A stretch of 64,000 nt of DNA from assembly GCA_040218735.1 (NCBI GenBank), contig JAVJQW010000050.1, positions 192,001-256,000 on the forward strand, given 5' to 3'. Positions 1-10,920 of the stretch are shown here, piece by piece; position 1 is the stretch's first letter, and each line of letters starts with the position of its first letter. A model generated the notes under the pieces. It did no database searches. It worked only from the letters and a program-made list of their open reading frames with translations, and had not been told where the DNA came from. Source of the DNA: Deltaproteobacteria bacterium (GTDB taxonomy: Bacteria; Myxococcota; Kuafuiibacteriia; Kuafuiibacteriales; Kuafuiibacteriaceae). The position numbers and the translations under genes were made by a program.

Positions 1-3000
1 TGCTTGACCGGCGAGCGCGTGACCATCGCCTCGCGGTGATAGAACTTCGCGAGCCCGGCCCAGTTGCGCGCCTTCAGGTACGCGATCTCCAGCGCCCGCA
101 ACGCCACCGGGTGGTCGGGCACCGTCTCCAACGCGAGCCGGTAGTGATCGGCCCCCGACTCCGGCGGGTCGATCTGCGTCTCCTTCATCATCGCGATGCG
201 GATCTGCCGCGCCGCGTACAGCCGCGGATCCGACTCGTGCTGCGCCAACTGCTTCGCGACGGAGATCGCGCGACGCCAATCCCGACGCGTCACGCTGATG
301 CGCTCCAGCTGACTCAGGATCGTCGTGTCCTCGGGCGCGAGCTGCACCGCGTTCTCCAGGTGCTCCGCCGCCGAGTCGAAGTTCCCGAGCTTGTCACCCG
401 CGACCTCCGCCGAGCGCACCAGGATCGCCGCCTTCGTGCGGTCGTCCTGCGCGTGGTCGTACGCGGTCTTCAACGCACGCGACAGCGCGTTCCACAGCCC
501 CTCCGTCGAGTAGATCCGCACCAGCGCGCGGATCGCGTCGTCGAAGTGGTGCCCGAGACGCAGCACCTCTTGGTACATCTCCGCCGCACGGTCCGCGCGA
601 TCGAGGCGCTCCTCGATCTCCGCGACCCGGAGCATCTTCGACGCACGCTCCTTCGGGTCCTGCAGCGACTCCGCCTCACGCGCGAGCACCGTGACGAGTT
701 TGTCGATGTCGTTCTTGCGCGCGTGGATCTCGGACAGGCCGCGCAGCGCCGCCAAGTTCGACCCGTCCAGCTCCAGGATGTGCTCGTACACCTCCGCGGC
801 GCGGTCGTCGTCCTTGAGCTTGTCGACGAGGATCTCCGCCATGCGGAAGTACAGCCCGACCTTCTGCTCGTCGGACTTCGCGACCTCGATCTCCCGACCG
901 TACATCGCGACCAGATCGTCGAACCGCTCCTTGGAAGCGTACAGCCGCCCCACGCTCCGCAGCGCCGGAAGGTACGTGGGGTTGAGCGTCAGGACCTTCT
1001 CGTACTGCGCGATCGCGCCGTCGACGTCCCCGAGCTTCTCCTCCGTCACCGCACCCGCGCGGTGCAGGATCGCGACGACCTCCTTTTGGTCCTCCGTCGC
1101 CTCGACCTCCAGGTCGTAGGCGCGCAGCACGTCCGGCCACGCCTCCCGCTTCGTCGCGATCCGCGCCAGCGCACGGATGGCGTGCAGGTGCGTCGCGTTG
1201 ACGTCGAGCATCCGCTCGTACGCCCGCTGCGCGGTGTCGAGCTGCGCGAGTTTGTCCTCGGCGTACATGCCGATGCGCCCCAGCAGGAAGAGCCGCTGGT
1301 CGGCGTCCTCGATCAGCGTGAGCTCCTTCTCGTACAGCGCGATCAGCTCGCCCCACGCCTCGCGCTGCTGCAGCAGACGCTCCAGCTTCTTCTGCGCAGG
1401 CTGGTAGTCGAGCTTCTTGTCGAGCAGCTCCTGGAGCGTGGCGATCGCCTGCTCCTCGTCGGCGAGCTTCGTCTCGTACAGCTCCGCCAGCTTGAACTGC
1501 TTGGCGACGAGCTGAGACGGGTCCTCCTCCAGCCGGATCTCCATCAAGTACAGCTCGGCCAGCGAGCTGTGCCGCTCCGTCTTGGTGTACAGCCGCCCGA
1601 GGCTCTGACGCGCCGGCGTGTAACTCGGCATCAACGCGACGGCCTCTTCGAGCGCCGGGATGGCCTCCTCGGCCTCACCGAGGTGCTCGTCCAGGATGGT
1701 GCCGAGCTTGAACAGCACCGGCACGCGGTCGCGCGCTTCGGTCGTGACCTCCGCCTCGCGACGCAGCACCTTCACGACCTCGTCGTGACGATCGTTCTGC
1801 TCGTAGAGCAGCTCGATCTCCCGGAGCACCGTGAGGTCCTCCGGCGTGTGCTCGAGCGCCCCGAGTAGAGTATGGAGCGCGCGGTCCACCGCCTCGAGCT
1901 TCTCCGACTCGATGCGCGCCGCCGCGAGCAGGTGCGCCGCCGCCGCGGGGCCGTCGTCCGTCACCTCCGCGGAGCGCTTCAGCACCGCGACGAGCTGCTC
2001 GAAGCGCCCGTTCTGGTAGTGCAGGCGCCGCAGGGCATCCAGCGCGATCGCGCTGTTCGGATCGACCTCCAGGATGTTCTCGTACAGGCGCGCCGCCGCC
2101 GACGTATCGTCGAGGCGGTCCTCGGCGAGCTGCGCCGACGCGAGGAGCAGCGGCATCCTCCGCTGCGGCTTGTCCGTCACCTCCAGCGCGCGCTGGTAGA
2201 CGTCGAACAGCTGCTGATACGCCTTGCGGACCAGGTGCAGCCGCTCGAGCGCGTTGACCGCCAGCGGCTCCGCCGAATAGGCCTCGAGCGCCGCCTTGTA
2301 GGCGTTCTGGGCCTCCTCGGCGTTCCTCAGCTTCTCCTCGAGGATGGCGCCCTTCTCCGCCCACAGCGTCGCCTTGCGCTCCGCCGTCGGCGCGGTCTCG
2401 ATCTCGTAGCCGAGGATCTGGACGACCATCGCCCAGTTGCCGACCTCGGTGAACAAACGCCGCGACGCGTGCAGGACCGACGGGTCCTTCGGGTCGAGGT
2501 TGAAGGCGCGCTGGTACGAGGTCGCCGCGTTGCGCGGCTTCGCGAGCTGCTCCTCGTAGATGCGGCCGATCTCCAGGTGCAGCTGCGCCGCGCGCGGATC
2601 GTTGCCGAGCGCATTGGCCTCGCGCTCGAAGTCCGCGATGCGCTGCTCCCATACTTGCGACTCCTCCGCGGAGCGCGGCAGGAACGGTCCGCCGTCCTGC
2701 GGATCTCCGGGCGCATCCAGCGGCGGGAGCTCGGCGCCCTCGAGGACCTTGAAGTCCCCGGTCTGGGGGAGAGACGTAGCCTTCTCGACCTGAGCCTTCA
2801 GCTCGCTCGGGTCGGAGCTGGACGGCTGCAGCGGCGACGCGTTCGCCGCGTGCCCGTTCTCGGGCAACGCGAGATCGTCGGCCGCGCCGAAGCTCGCGTC
2901 GGCGCCGTCGGCGGAAGGCGGGACGGAGGGCGTGGCCGTCTCCTGCACCGAAAGGTCCGCGCCGGCCTCGGTCGTGGGCTCTTGGGTCGGGTTGGGCGCC

Positions 3001-3047
3001 GTCGCCGATGCCTCTGCGTGGGGATCCACGTCCTGGCCACCTGGCAT
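1..3047 (-). CDS. Giant tetratricopeptide-repeat (TPR) protein, myxobacterial AgmK/GltI-like; 3' end runs off the window
   Basis: Missing from the ORF track because it has no stop in the window. Hand translation from ATG 3047 gives MPGGQDVDPHAEAS..., an acidic disordered N-terminus, then continuous TPR units (AQLHLEIGRIYEEQLAKPRNAATSYQRAFNLDP; AIAQYEKVLTLNPTYLPALRSVGRLY) open to position 3. Confidence 0.85.
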   Translation of the reverse strand, partial: MPGGQDVDPHAEASATAPNPTQEPTTEAGADLSVQETATPSVPPSADGADASFGAADDLALPENGHAANASPLQPSSSDPSELKAQVEKATSLPQTGDFKVLEGAELPPLDAPGDPQDGGPFLPRSAEESQVWEQRIADFEREANALGNDPRAAQLHLEIGRIYEEQLAKPRNAATSYQRAFNLDPKDPSVLHASRRLFTEVGNWAMVVQILGYEIETAPTAERKATLWAEKGAILEEKLRNAEEAQNAYKAALEAYSAEPLAVNALERLHLVRKAYQQLFDVYQRALEVTDKPQRRMPLLLASAQLAEDRLDDTSAAARLYENILEVDPNSAIALDALRRLHYQNGRFEQLVAVLKRSAEVTDDGPAAAAHLLAAARIESEKLEAVDRALHTLLGALEHTPEDLTVLREIELLYEQNDRHDEVVKVLRREAEVTTEARDRVPVLFKLGTILDEHLGEAEEAIPALEEAVALMPSYTPARQSLGRLYTKTERHSSLAELYLMEIRLEEDPSQLVAKQFKLAELYETKLADEEQAIATLQELLDKKLDYQPAQKKLERLLQQREAWGELIALYEKELTLIEDADQRLFLLGRIGMYAEDKLAQLDTAQRAYERMLDVNATHLHAIRALARIATKREAWPDVLRAYDLEVEATEDQKEVVAILHRAGAVTEEKLGDVDGAIAQYEKVLTLNPTYLPALRSVGRLYASKERFDDLVAMYGREIEVAKSDEQKVGLYFRMAEILVDKLKDDDRAAEVYEHILELDGSNLAALRGLSEIHARKNDIDKLVTVLAREAESLQDPKERASKMLRVAEIEERLDRADRAAEMYQEVLRLGHHFDDAIRALVRIYSTEGLWNALSRALKTAYDHAQDDRTKAAILVRSAEVAGDKLGNFDSAAEHLENAVQLAPEDTTILSQLERISVTRRDWRRAISVAKQLAQHESDPRLYAARQIRIAMMKETQIDPPESGADHYRLALETVPDHPVALRALEIAYLKARNWAGLAKFYHREAMVTRSPVK

Positions 3048-3215
3048 GTCGCCTCGGCTTGTAGCATGTTCCCGAATCTGGCGTCCACGCGGCGACCCGG
3101 CGCCAGGGCCCGCTGTCCGGCCGCGGTCCGCGACACCTTCCGACCGCATCTACGCCGACCGCACCGGCCGCACAGCCGGTTGCTTCGTGACCCCACGACG
3201 TGGTTGTCAACGGCC

Positions 3216-5063
3216 GTGGTCAAACGGCTCGTCCCCCTCGCTCTCGCCTTCTTCGCCTGCAAGTCCGCCCCGGAGCCGGCGCCCGCCGCCGCCCCCACAT
3301 CGGCCCCTGCGAGCGCCCCCGCGTCGGCCCCGGCGTCACGCCCGAGCTTCGTCGCCGCCGTCCCCGCGACGACCGCGACGATCACGGCGCAGGCCCTCCG
3401 CGAACATGTGTTCACCCTCGCGGACGACGCCCTCGAAGGGCGCGGGCCCGACACCAAGGGCATTCATCGCGCCGCCGACTACCTGGAGGACGCGCTGATC
3501 GGTATGGGGCTGAAGCCCGCGTTCGACCGTCGGTACCGGCAGCCGTTCACGATGGCCGTCGCGATCGAGGTCAAAGGGACGCCGCAGCTGTACGCCGGCA
3601 CCCGCGCGCTGAAGTTCGGCAAGGACTTCGCCGTGTTCCCGTTCTCGAAGTCCGGCGACGCGAAGGGCGCCCTCGCCTTCGCCGGCTTCGGCGTCAGCGC
3701 GAAGGACTTCGACTACGACGACTACGCCGGCATCGACGTGAAGGACCGCGTCGTGGTGGTGCTCTCCGGCGAGCCGGGCGACGAGGACAACAAGAGTGTC
3801 TTCGACGGCCGCCGCCCTACCCGCCACAGCTTCCTGAGGACCAAGGCGTTGGTCGCGCGCGAGGCCGGCGCGAAGGCCCTGCTCGTCGTGCGCGAAAAGC
3901 CGCTCGCCGACACCAAGCGCTTCGCGGCCGAGAGCGACGCGGGGATCGTCGTGCTGCCGATCTCCAAGGCCGCCGCCAAGCGGCTCCTCGGCTTCGACGT
4001 CGACGCCAAGAAGAAGGCGATCGACGGCGACTACAAACCACGGAGCCTGTTGTCGAAGCGCACCGCGAAGCTGTCGGCGACGCTCGCCCGCATCGAGCGC
4101 ACGGTGGAGAACGTCGGCGCGGTCCTGCCCGGGACGGAGGCCGGGGCCGTCGTGATCGGTGCGCACTACGATCACCTCGGCTACGGGGACAGCGGGTCAC
4201 TCGTGACCAGCGGCGAAAAGCTCGTCCACAACGGCGCCGACGACAACGCGTCCGGGACGGCGGTGGTGCTGGAGGTCGCGCGGGCGTTGGCGGCGCGGGG
4301 CGACAAGCCGCGGCGGAGCGTCTACTTCTTCCTCTTCGCGGGCGAGGAGGCAGGCTTGCTCGGTTCGAACTACCTCGTGAAGCACCCGCCGTTCGCGATG
4401 GCCGACGTCACCGCGATGATCAACCTCGACATGGTCGGGCGGCTCCGCGACGAAAAGCTCAACGTCATGGGGACGAAGACCGCCGTCGAGTGGCCGTCGT
4501 TCGTGAAGGACGTCGTCGACCGCTACGCGTTGAAGGGGAGCTTCGGCGGCGACGGCTACGGGCCGAGCGACCACACCTCGTTCTACGCCGAGAAGGTGCC
4601 GGTGCTGTACCTCTTCACCGGCGCGCACAGCGAGTACCACAAGCCGAGCGACGACGCGGACACGCTCAACTACCAGGGCATGGCGAAGGTCGCGGCGATC
4701 GCGCACGACCTGCTCGTGTCGGTGGCGGACGGCGCCGGGCGGCCGACCTACGTGGAGATCGCCGCGCCCGTGAAGATGGGCGGCGGCCACGGCTACGGAC
4801 CGTACTTCGGGAGCATCCCGGACTTCGGCGAGGGCGTGGACGGGGTGCTCCTCTCCGGTGTCCGCGAAGGGAGCCCGGCCGACAAGGCGGGCGTGAAGAA
4901 AGGTGACATCATCGTCGAGTTCGGCGGCGTGGCGGTGCACAATCTCCAGGACTTCACGGTCGCGTTGCGGCGCTGCGCGCCGGGCGACGAGGTCGAGGTC
5001 CGAGTGAAACGCGGCGAAGAGGTGATCACGGTGAAGGCCAAGCTCGAGAAACGGGGCGGATGA
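3216..5063 (+). CDS. M28-family aminopeptidase lipoprotein with PA and C-terminal PDZ domains
   Basis: Lipobox LALAFFAC; M28 motifs GAHYDHLG, NGADDNASG, GEEAGLLGS, NLDMVGR, SDH, YHKPSD; PDZ GSPADKAGVKKGDII. True start is GTG 3216, not 1872. Confidence 0.9.
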   Translation: MVKRLVPLALAFFACKSAPEPAPAAAPTSAPASAPASAPASRPSFVAAVPATTATITAQALREHVFTLADDALEGRGPDTKGIHRAADYLEDALIGMGLKPAFDRRYRQPFTMAVAIEVKGTPQLYAGTRALKFGKDFAVFPFSKSGDAKGALAFAGFGVSAKDFDYDDYAGIDVKDRVVVVLSGEPGDEDNKSVFDGRRPTRHSFLRTKALVAREAGAKALLVVREKPLADTKRFAAESDAGIVVLPISKAAAKRLLGFDVDAKKKAIDGDYKPRSLLSKRTAKLSATLARIERTVENVGAVLPGTEAGAVVIGAHYDHLGYGDSGSLVTSGEKLVHNGADDNASGTAVVLEVARALAARGDKPRRSVYFFLFAGEEAGLLGSNYLVKHPPFAMADVTAMINLDMVGRLRDEKLNVMGTKTAVEWPSFVKDVVDRYALKGSFGGDGYGPSDHTSFYAEKVPVLYLFTGAHSEYHKPSDDADTLNYQGMAKVAAIAHDLLVSVADGAGRPTYVEIAAPVKMGGGHGYGPYFGSIPDFGEGVDGVLLSGVREGSPADKAGVKKGDIIVEFGGVAVHNLQDFTVALRRCAPGDEVEVRVKRGEEVITVKAKLEKRGG

Positions 5064-5070
5064 CCCTTTC

Positions 5071-6537
5071 GTGACGGCCACGATCGACATCGACGCGCTC
5101 ACGAAGACCATCGACATCGTCGAGGGCCTCGAGACCGTCGTCCTCTCGGACCTCCACCTGACGGACGCCGAGCCGGAGTCGGACAAACGTCCCTACTGGC
5201 GCGCGTTCCGGCAGCGACGGTTCTTCGTCGACGAGGACTTCGGGCGACTGCTCGACTACGTCGTGTCGCGGGCGAACGGGCCGGTGGAGCTCATCCTCAA
5301 CGGCGACACCTTCGACTTCGACAGCATCGTCAGCATCCCGGACGAAACGCCCGGCCCGGTGAGTTGGCTCTCCCACTTCCGAGGGATGCCGAGCGAAGAG
5401 TGGATGTCTTTGTACAAGACGGACCGCATCATCGCCGACCACGACAAGTGGTTCGCGGCGCTGCGTCGATTCGTGGTCGAGGGCGACCGCACCGTGGTCT
5501 TCGTGATCGGGAATCACGACGTGGAGCTGCACTGGCCGTCGGTGCAAGCGCGCATCATCGAGGCGCTCGACCTCCCCGACGACCGCCTCGACCGCGTGAC
5601 CTTCGCGCCGTCGTTCTACATCAGCGGCGAAGACACCTTCGTGAGCCACGGGCACCTGTTCGATCCGCTGTGCACGGAACCCACGCCGTCGAACCCACTC
5701 ATCACGATTCGCGGTCGTCCCCGGGTGCGCATCCCGTTCGGTGACATGGCGGCGCGGTACATGTTGAACGGGATGGGTTATTTCAACCCACACTCGTCCG
5801 GTAATTTCATCATGACCGCGAGTGAGTACTTCGCGTTCTTCTTCAAATACATGGCGCGCACGCAGCCGTTCCTCCTGTGGACTTGGTTCTGGAGCGCGAT
5901 GATGACCCTCTTCCTGTCGCTGCGGGACTTCTGGACCCCCGCGATGCGCGACCCGCTCGTCGTGGAGGAGAAGACGCAGATGATGGCGGAGCGGAGCAAC
6001 GCGACGCCGTCGATGGTGCGGCAGCTCGAGGCGCTCGCGGTGCCCTCCGCGTGCACGGCGCCGCTGACGATCGCGAGGGTGTTGTGGTTGGACCGGGGAC
6101 TCTTGTTCCTGGCGGTGCTCTACCTGGCGTTCCAGGCCACGCTCGCGGTGAACTTCGTGTGGCCGATCTCGCCGTGGTGGATCCTGTTGTTCCTCGCGCT
6201 GCTGTTCCCGGGGTTCATCATCTATTCGTTCCGCGTCGCCCCCGCCGAGGACAAGATCTCCCTCATGACCGAGGAACGCGCGCACGTCATTCACCGGGTC
6301 ACGGGGACGACGCAGGCGGTGTTCGGTCACACCCATATCCCGGTTATCGAGAACATCGGCCCGCTCCACTACGTGAACGGTGGGTTCTGGTCGCCGGCGT
6401 TCCGCGAACCCACCTGTGAGAACCGCATCGGGACCCAGACCTTCGTGTGGATCAAACCGGCGGAGGGACCGCGGCGCGCGAAGCTGTTCGAGTGGCCCCC
6501 CGGCGGTGAAGAACCCGCGCCGGTGACGATCGACTGA
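5071..6537 (+). CDS. Calcineurin-like metallophosphoesterase with inserted transmembrane segments
   Basis: Motifs SDLH, NGDTFD, GNHD, HGH, GHTH; hydrophobic helices lie between HGH and GHTH. Confidence 0.88.
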   Translation: MTATIDIDALTKTIDIVEGLETVVLSDLHLTDAEPESDKRPYWRAFRQRRFFVDEDFGRLLDYVVSRANGPVELILNGDTFDFDSIVSIPDETPGPVSWLSHFRGMPSEEWMSLYKTDRIIADHDKWFAALRRFVVEGDRTVVFVIGNHDVELHWPSVQARIIEALDLPDDRLDRVTFAPSFYISGEDTFVSHGHLFDPLCTEPTPSNPLITIRGRPRVRIPFGDMAARYMLNGMGYFNPHSSGNFIMTASEYFAFFFKYMARTQPFLLWTWFWSAMMTLFLSLRDFWTPAMRDPLVVEEKTQMMAERSNATPSMVRQLEALAVPSACTAPLTIARVLWLDRGLLFLAVLYLAFQATLAVNFVWPISPWWILLFLALLFPGFIIYSFRVAPAEDKISLMTEERAHVIHRVTGTTQAVFGHTHIPVIENIGPLHYVNGGFWSPAFREPTCENRIGTQTFVWIKPAEGPRRAKLFEWPPGGEEPAPVTID

Positions 6538-7394
6538 TGCACATCGGTATCGACTTCGGCGGGACGCGCGTGAAGGCGGGGCTCGTCGACGGTGACCACG
6601 TCGTGCGCCGGGCCTCGGCGGCGACGAAGAAGGACCGCGAGTACCTGCTGGGTTTGGTACCGCGGCTGGTGGCGAAGGTGGACCCCGACCGCGACGCCAC
6701 CGCCTTGGGCATCGGTTTCGCGGGCATGGTCGGCGACGGTCGCATCCTCCACACCACGGACACGATGCCCCCGCTGACCGACTTCCCGCTGGCTTCGTTC
6801 GCGGCGGAGGTGACGGGGCTGCCCTGTGCGATCGACAACGACGGCAACGCCCACGCGCTCGCGGAGGGCACGTTCGGCGTCGGCGCGGGTGCCTCGCTGT
6901 TCGTGATGTTGGTGTTGGGCACCGGGGTGGGCGGCGGGATCCTCTGGGGCGGGCGGCCCTGGCTCGGCGCGGGCTCGATGGCCTCGCACCTCGGGCACAT
7001 CAAGGTGCGTCGCGGCGGGCGTCGCTGCGCGTGCGGCGCGCGCGGATGCGTCGAGGCGTACGCGGCGGCCTACGCGATCGGGGGCGGCGGGCCGGCCAAG
7101 CCGGTCTTCGCGGCGGCGCGCGCGGGGCATGACGACGCCACGCGAACCGTGGCCGAAGCGGCCGACGCCATCGGGGCGGCCTGCGCGAACCTGACGAACA
7201 TCCTGAACCCGGACGTCATCGCGATCGGCGGCGGAATGACACGCGCCTGGTCACAGCTGTGGCCGGGGATCTCGGCCGCCTACGCACGCGATGCGCTGGC
7301 GAGGGGGCACGCGAGCTCCCCGGTGGTGCGTGCGCGGCTGGGGAACGACGCGGGGATCGTCGGCGCGGCGTTGTTGGGAGCGCATTTGGGGTGA
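6537..7394 (+). CDS. ROK-family sugar kinase
   Basis: GIDFGGT, DNDGNAHALAE, LGTGVGGG, HLGH...CACGARGCVE zinc motif; TGATG coupling to the upstream gene. Confidence 0.9.
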   Translation: MHIGIDFGGTRVKAGLVDGDHVVRRASAATKKDREYLLGLVPRLVAKVDPDRDATALGIGFAGMVGDGRILHTTDTMPPLTDFPLASFAAEVTGLPCAIDNDGNAHALAEGTFGVGAGASLFVMLVLGTGVGGGILWGGRPWLGAGSMASHLGHIKVRRGGRRCACGARGCVEAYAAAYAIGGGGPAKPVFAAARAGHDDATRTVAEAADAIGAACANLTNILNPDVIAIGGGMTRAWSQLWPGISAAYARDALARGHASSPVVRARLGNDAGIVGAALLGAHLG

Positions 7395-7426
7395 CGGAAC
7401 CGGCGCGAACCGGCCACTCAGCCGGC

Positions 7427-8740
7427 ATGCGAACGTGGTGGTACCTGCTCCTGGTCGCCGGATTCGCCTGTGGTGAAGACAAAGGCCCCGCGCCGGTCGA
7501 AGCGCCGCGCATCGCCGTGGAGCCCACCCGAATCGACTTCGGTCGGGTCGACGTCGGCGCGGGAGAGGCCCGCGAGCTCGTGCTCACGAACCTGAGCGGC
7601 GTGGAGGCGCCCGTCGTGGTGACCGTGCCGGCGTCGTTCGAAGGACAGCTCCCCACGCAGGTCGTCCTCGAGCCCGAGGAGCGCCGAACGTTGACGCTCA
7701 CGTACGCACCGACCGAACCCGGCGAGACGCTGGACGACAGCGTCACCTTCGAGTGCGCGGCGCCCGCCACGTGCTCGGCCTCGGTCGTGTTGGCGGGAGA
7801 GGCGAACGCGGGGGGACGGTTGCAGCTCGTCGCGGAGCGCGTCGACTTCACGCTGCTGGCGGTGGGCCTCGCGCGGACGCGCTCGGTGCTGATGACGAAC
7901 GTCGGCGACGCACCGCTGTCGATCGACGTCGCGCTCACGGGCGACGAGGTGTTCTCGGTCGACGCGTCGTCGGTGTCCTTGGCGCCCGGAGAAGCCGACT
8001 TCGTGAACGTGTCCTTCGCGCCCGACGCGGTCGGCCCGAACGCCGCGCGTCTCGTGTTCACGGCGGGCGACGACGTCCAGGAGCTGGTGCTCGCCGGTGA
8101 GGGTGTCGGCAAGGACCACTGCGTCTACGCGACGGTGCCGCCGTCGCTGAGCTTCGGCGTGGTCATCGCGGGCCGACCGCTGCGCACCACGATCGAGATC
8201 TCCAACGAAGGCGACCTGGCGTGCCACGTCGCCTTCGAGACGTCCGGCGAGGTCATCGAGATCGAGCTGGAGCAGCAGGTCATGGAGCTCGCCCCGGGTG
8301 CGTCGATGTCGATCGTGATGGTCGTGGGCGTGGCGTGCGTGGGATGCGAGGGCACGCTCAGCGCCTACGTCAACGGTGAGCTCGCCGAAGAGATCCACGC
8401 CGTGGGCTCGACGCCGACCGCCGACGGCAACCTGATCCTCCCCACCGAGATCGACTTCGGAGAGGTCTGCGCGGGCGGCACGCCGCGCGGGCGCCAGGTG
8501 ACCGTCTACAACACGAGCGTCTACACCAAGACGATCGCGAGCGTGGCGCTGAAGAGCGGCGAAGACTTCGGCGTCGTGGCGCCGCCGCTCCCGACGACGC
8601 TCGTGCCCGGTGAAGCGATGATCTTCGGCGTCGAGTTCAGCCCGTCCCGAACGGGTGAAACGGTCGGCGTCGTCGAGGTCGTCCTCGAGAGCGGCGAATC
8701 GTACTTCGTCACGCTCCAGGGCGTCGGCGAAAGCTGCTAA
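7427..8740 (+). CDS. Lipoprotein with four ASH / choice-of-anchor D Ig-like domains
   Basis: Lipobox [15 protein letters not shown]; four repeats of P..(I/L)(D/S)FG.V..G......(V/I)...N.G. Confidence 0.8.
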   Translation: MRTWWYLLLVAGFACGEDKGPAPVEAPRIAVEPTRIDFGRVDVGAGEARELVLTNLSGVEAPVVVTVPASFEGQLPTQVVLEPEERRTLTLTYAPTEPGETLDDSVTFECAAPATCSASVVLAGEANAGGRLQLVAERVDFTLLAVGLARTRSVLMTNVGDAPLSIDVALTGDEVFSVDASSVSLAPGEADFVNVSFAPDAVGPNAARLVFTAGDDVQELVLAGEGVGKDHCVYATVPPSLSFGVVIAGRPLRTTIEISNEGDLACHVAFETSGEVIEIELEQQVMELAPGASMSIVMVVGVACVGCEGTLSAYVNGELAEEIHAVGSTPTADGNLILPTEIDFGEVCAGGTPRGRQVTVYNTSVYTKTIASVALKSGEDFGVVAPPLPTTLVPGEAMIFGVEFSPSRTGETVGVVEVVLESGESYFVTLQGVGESC

Positions 8741-8856
8741 GGCACCGTCGGCATCTCGACACCCCGACTCGACGTCGCGTCGTTCCATTCGTGAACAGCG
8801 AGACGTTCTCGCCTCACGAACGTTCCGCTCTTGTCGACTCACCCTGGGGAAGGCCC

Positions 8857-10920
8857 ATGCCCGCCCCGCTCCAGAACCGTCGCATCCTGATCGTCGACGA
8901 CAACCCGGAGATTCACGAGGACATCCGGAAGGTGCTCGCAACCGCCCCCGGCAAGGGCGACATCGACAGCCTCGAGCGCGACCTGTTCGGCGACGACGAC
9001 GACGCTGACCACGGCACCATCGACTACCAGATCGACTCCGCGTTCCAAGGGCGCGACGCCCTGCGGCTCGTCGAGGCCGCGATCCGCGACGAACGTCCGT
9101 ACGCCCTGGTCTTCATGGACATGCGCATGCCCCCGGGCTGGTCGGGGCTCGAGACCATCCAACACGTCTGGCGAGCCGCGCCCGAGCTCGAGCTCGTCAT
9201 CTGCACGGCCTACTCGGACTACTCGTGGCAGGAGATCTCTCAGACGCTCGGGACCTCCGACCAGCTGCTGCTCCTCAAGAAACCCTTCGACCCGGTCGAG
9301 GTTCAACAGCTCGCGCTCGCGCTCACGACGAAGTGGGATCTCGGCGAGCGCGTCCGCGACCACGTCGCCTCACTCGAGCGTCAGGTCGAGGAGCGCACCC
9401 GCGCGCTGCAAAAGGCCCTCGAAGCCGCGCAGTCCGCGAACCGCGCCAAGTCCGAGTTCCTTGCGAACATGAGCCACGAGATCCGGACACCGATGAACGG
9501 CGTGATCGGTGCGCTCGAGCTCATGGAGCTCGACGGCCTGTCCGAAGACCAGACGTCGCTCGTCGACACCGCGCGGCGCTCCGCGAACATCCTCCTCGAC
9601 CTCGTCAACGACGTGCTCGATTTCTCCAAGATCGAAGCCGGGCACCTCGTCCTCGAGTCGGCGTCGTTCGATATCGAAGAGACGATCTCGAGGGTGGTCC
9701 GAGGTTTCGCCGAGGTCGCCAGCACGAAGGGTGTCGACCTCAAGGTCGTGGTCTCCGACCGCGTCCCGCGGCGCGCGATCTCGGACTCACGGCGCCTCTC
9801 GCAGATCGTCCTCAACCTCGTCGGCAACGCGCTCAAGTTCACCTCCGAGGGGTTCGTTCGGGTCGACGTCGACGCGACGCCCGCCCTGAACGGCCTCACC
9901 CTCGCCGTCCGCGTCGAGGACACGGGCATCGGCATCGCCCCGGATCGCCTCGAAGACGTGTTCAACAAGTTCACGCAGGCGGACAGCTCCACGACGCGTC
10001 GGTTCGGAGGTACGGGGCTGGGCCTCGCCATCACGCGGCAGCTCGCCTCGCTGATGGGCGGGAGCCTGACGGCCGAGAGTGAAGTCGGGCGCGGGTCGGC
10101 GTTCCTCGCGCAGATCGAAGTCGGCGTGGACGCGACGAAGCCGGCACGCCCGCGGTGGCGCCGCGTCGTCGTGCTCGACGACGACGCCGTCGACCGCGAC
10201 GCGTTCACGACGCTCCTCGCGCCGCTCGCAAACGAGGTCGTGACGTCGGCGGTCCAAGAGATCGACGCGGCCGTGCTCGCGTCGAGCGACCTCGTGATCG
10301 TGGACTTCGAGTCGGCGACCTCGCACCCGGACGTGGTCGCCCGCGTCGATGTGTCCCGGCACGCGTGGACCGGACACCGCAGCGATCGCGCACGGCGCCA
10401 CGATCTCTTCGCGGACCGCGCCGCCCTTCCTTGGCTCGACAAGCCCCTCATGCGCAGCGATCTGGAGGCGCTCGGGGCGCGATCGGCGGCGCACGTCGAT
10501 GTGTCTTCGACGCGCACGACACGACCTCGCGTGCTCCTCGCCGAGGACAACGCCGTCAACTCGATGGTCGCGCGGCGGATGTTGGAGCTGCTCGCGTGCG
10601 ACGTCGAGCACGCCGAGGACGGCGTGGAGGCCGTCGAGGCCGTCCGGACCCGGCACTACGACCTCGTGTTGATGGACTGCCAGATGCCGAACATGGACGG
10701 CTTCGAGGCGACCGCGCGCATTCGCGAGCTCTTCGGTCGAGACGACCTCCCGATCGTCGCGCTGACGGCCAACGCGACGACAAGCGACCACCAACGGTGC
10801 CTCGACGCCGGGATGAACGACGTCATCGTCAAACCCGTCACGCGCCAACAGATCGCCGACGCCGTGGGCCGAGCCCTCCCGCCGGAACGCGAGGACCCCG
10901 ATGAAAAAATCAGCGCCTGA
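8857..10920 (+). CDS. Hybrid histidine kinase REC-HisKA-HATPase-(degenerate REC)-REC
   Basis: ILIVDD...FMDMRMPPG; [15 protein letters not shown]; [10 protein letters not shown]; DTGIGI; GGTGLGLAI; VLLAEDN...LMDCQMP. ATG 8857 follows GGGGAAGG. Confidence 0.92.
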   Translation: MPAPLQNRRILIVDDNPEIHEDIRKVLATAPGKGDIDSLERDLFGDDDDADHGTIDYQIDSAFQGRDALRLVEAAIRDERPYALVFMDMRMPPGWSGLETIQHVWRAAPELELVICTAYSDYSWQEISQTLGTSDQLLLLKKPFDPVEVQQLALALTTKWDLGERVRDHVASLERQVEERTRALQKALEAAQSANRAKSEFLANMSHEIRTPMNGVIGALELMELDGLSEDQTSLVDTARRSANILLDLVNDVLDFSKIEAGHLVLESASFDIEETISRVVRGFAEVASTKGVDLKVVVSDRVPRRAISDSRRLSQIVLNLVGNALKFTSEGFVRVDVDATPALNGLTLAVRVEDTGIGIAPDRLEDVFNKFTQADSSTTRRFGGTGLGLAITRQLASLMGGSLTAESEVGRGSAFLAQIEVGVDATKPARPRWRRVVVLDDDAVDRDAFTTLLAPLANEVVTSAVQEIDAAVLASSDLVIVDFESATSHPDVVARVDVSRHAWTGHRSDRARRHDLFADRAALPWLDKPLMRSDLEALGARSAAHVDVSSTRTTRPRVLLAEDNAVNSMVARRMLELLACDVEHAEDGVEAVEAVRTRHYDLVLMDCQMPNMDGFEATARIRELFGRDDLPIVALTANATTSDHQRCLDAGMNDVIVKPVTRQQIADAVGRALPPEREDPDEKISA

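Noticed and set aside
36-3215. Long plus-strand ORFs (36..1868 and the N-terminal part of 1872..5063)
   Set aside because: Antisense shadows of the TPR gene; R/L/V-rich nonsense sequence. The peptidase starts at 3216.
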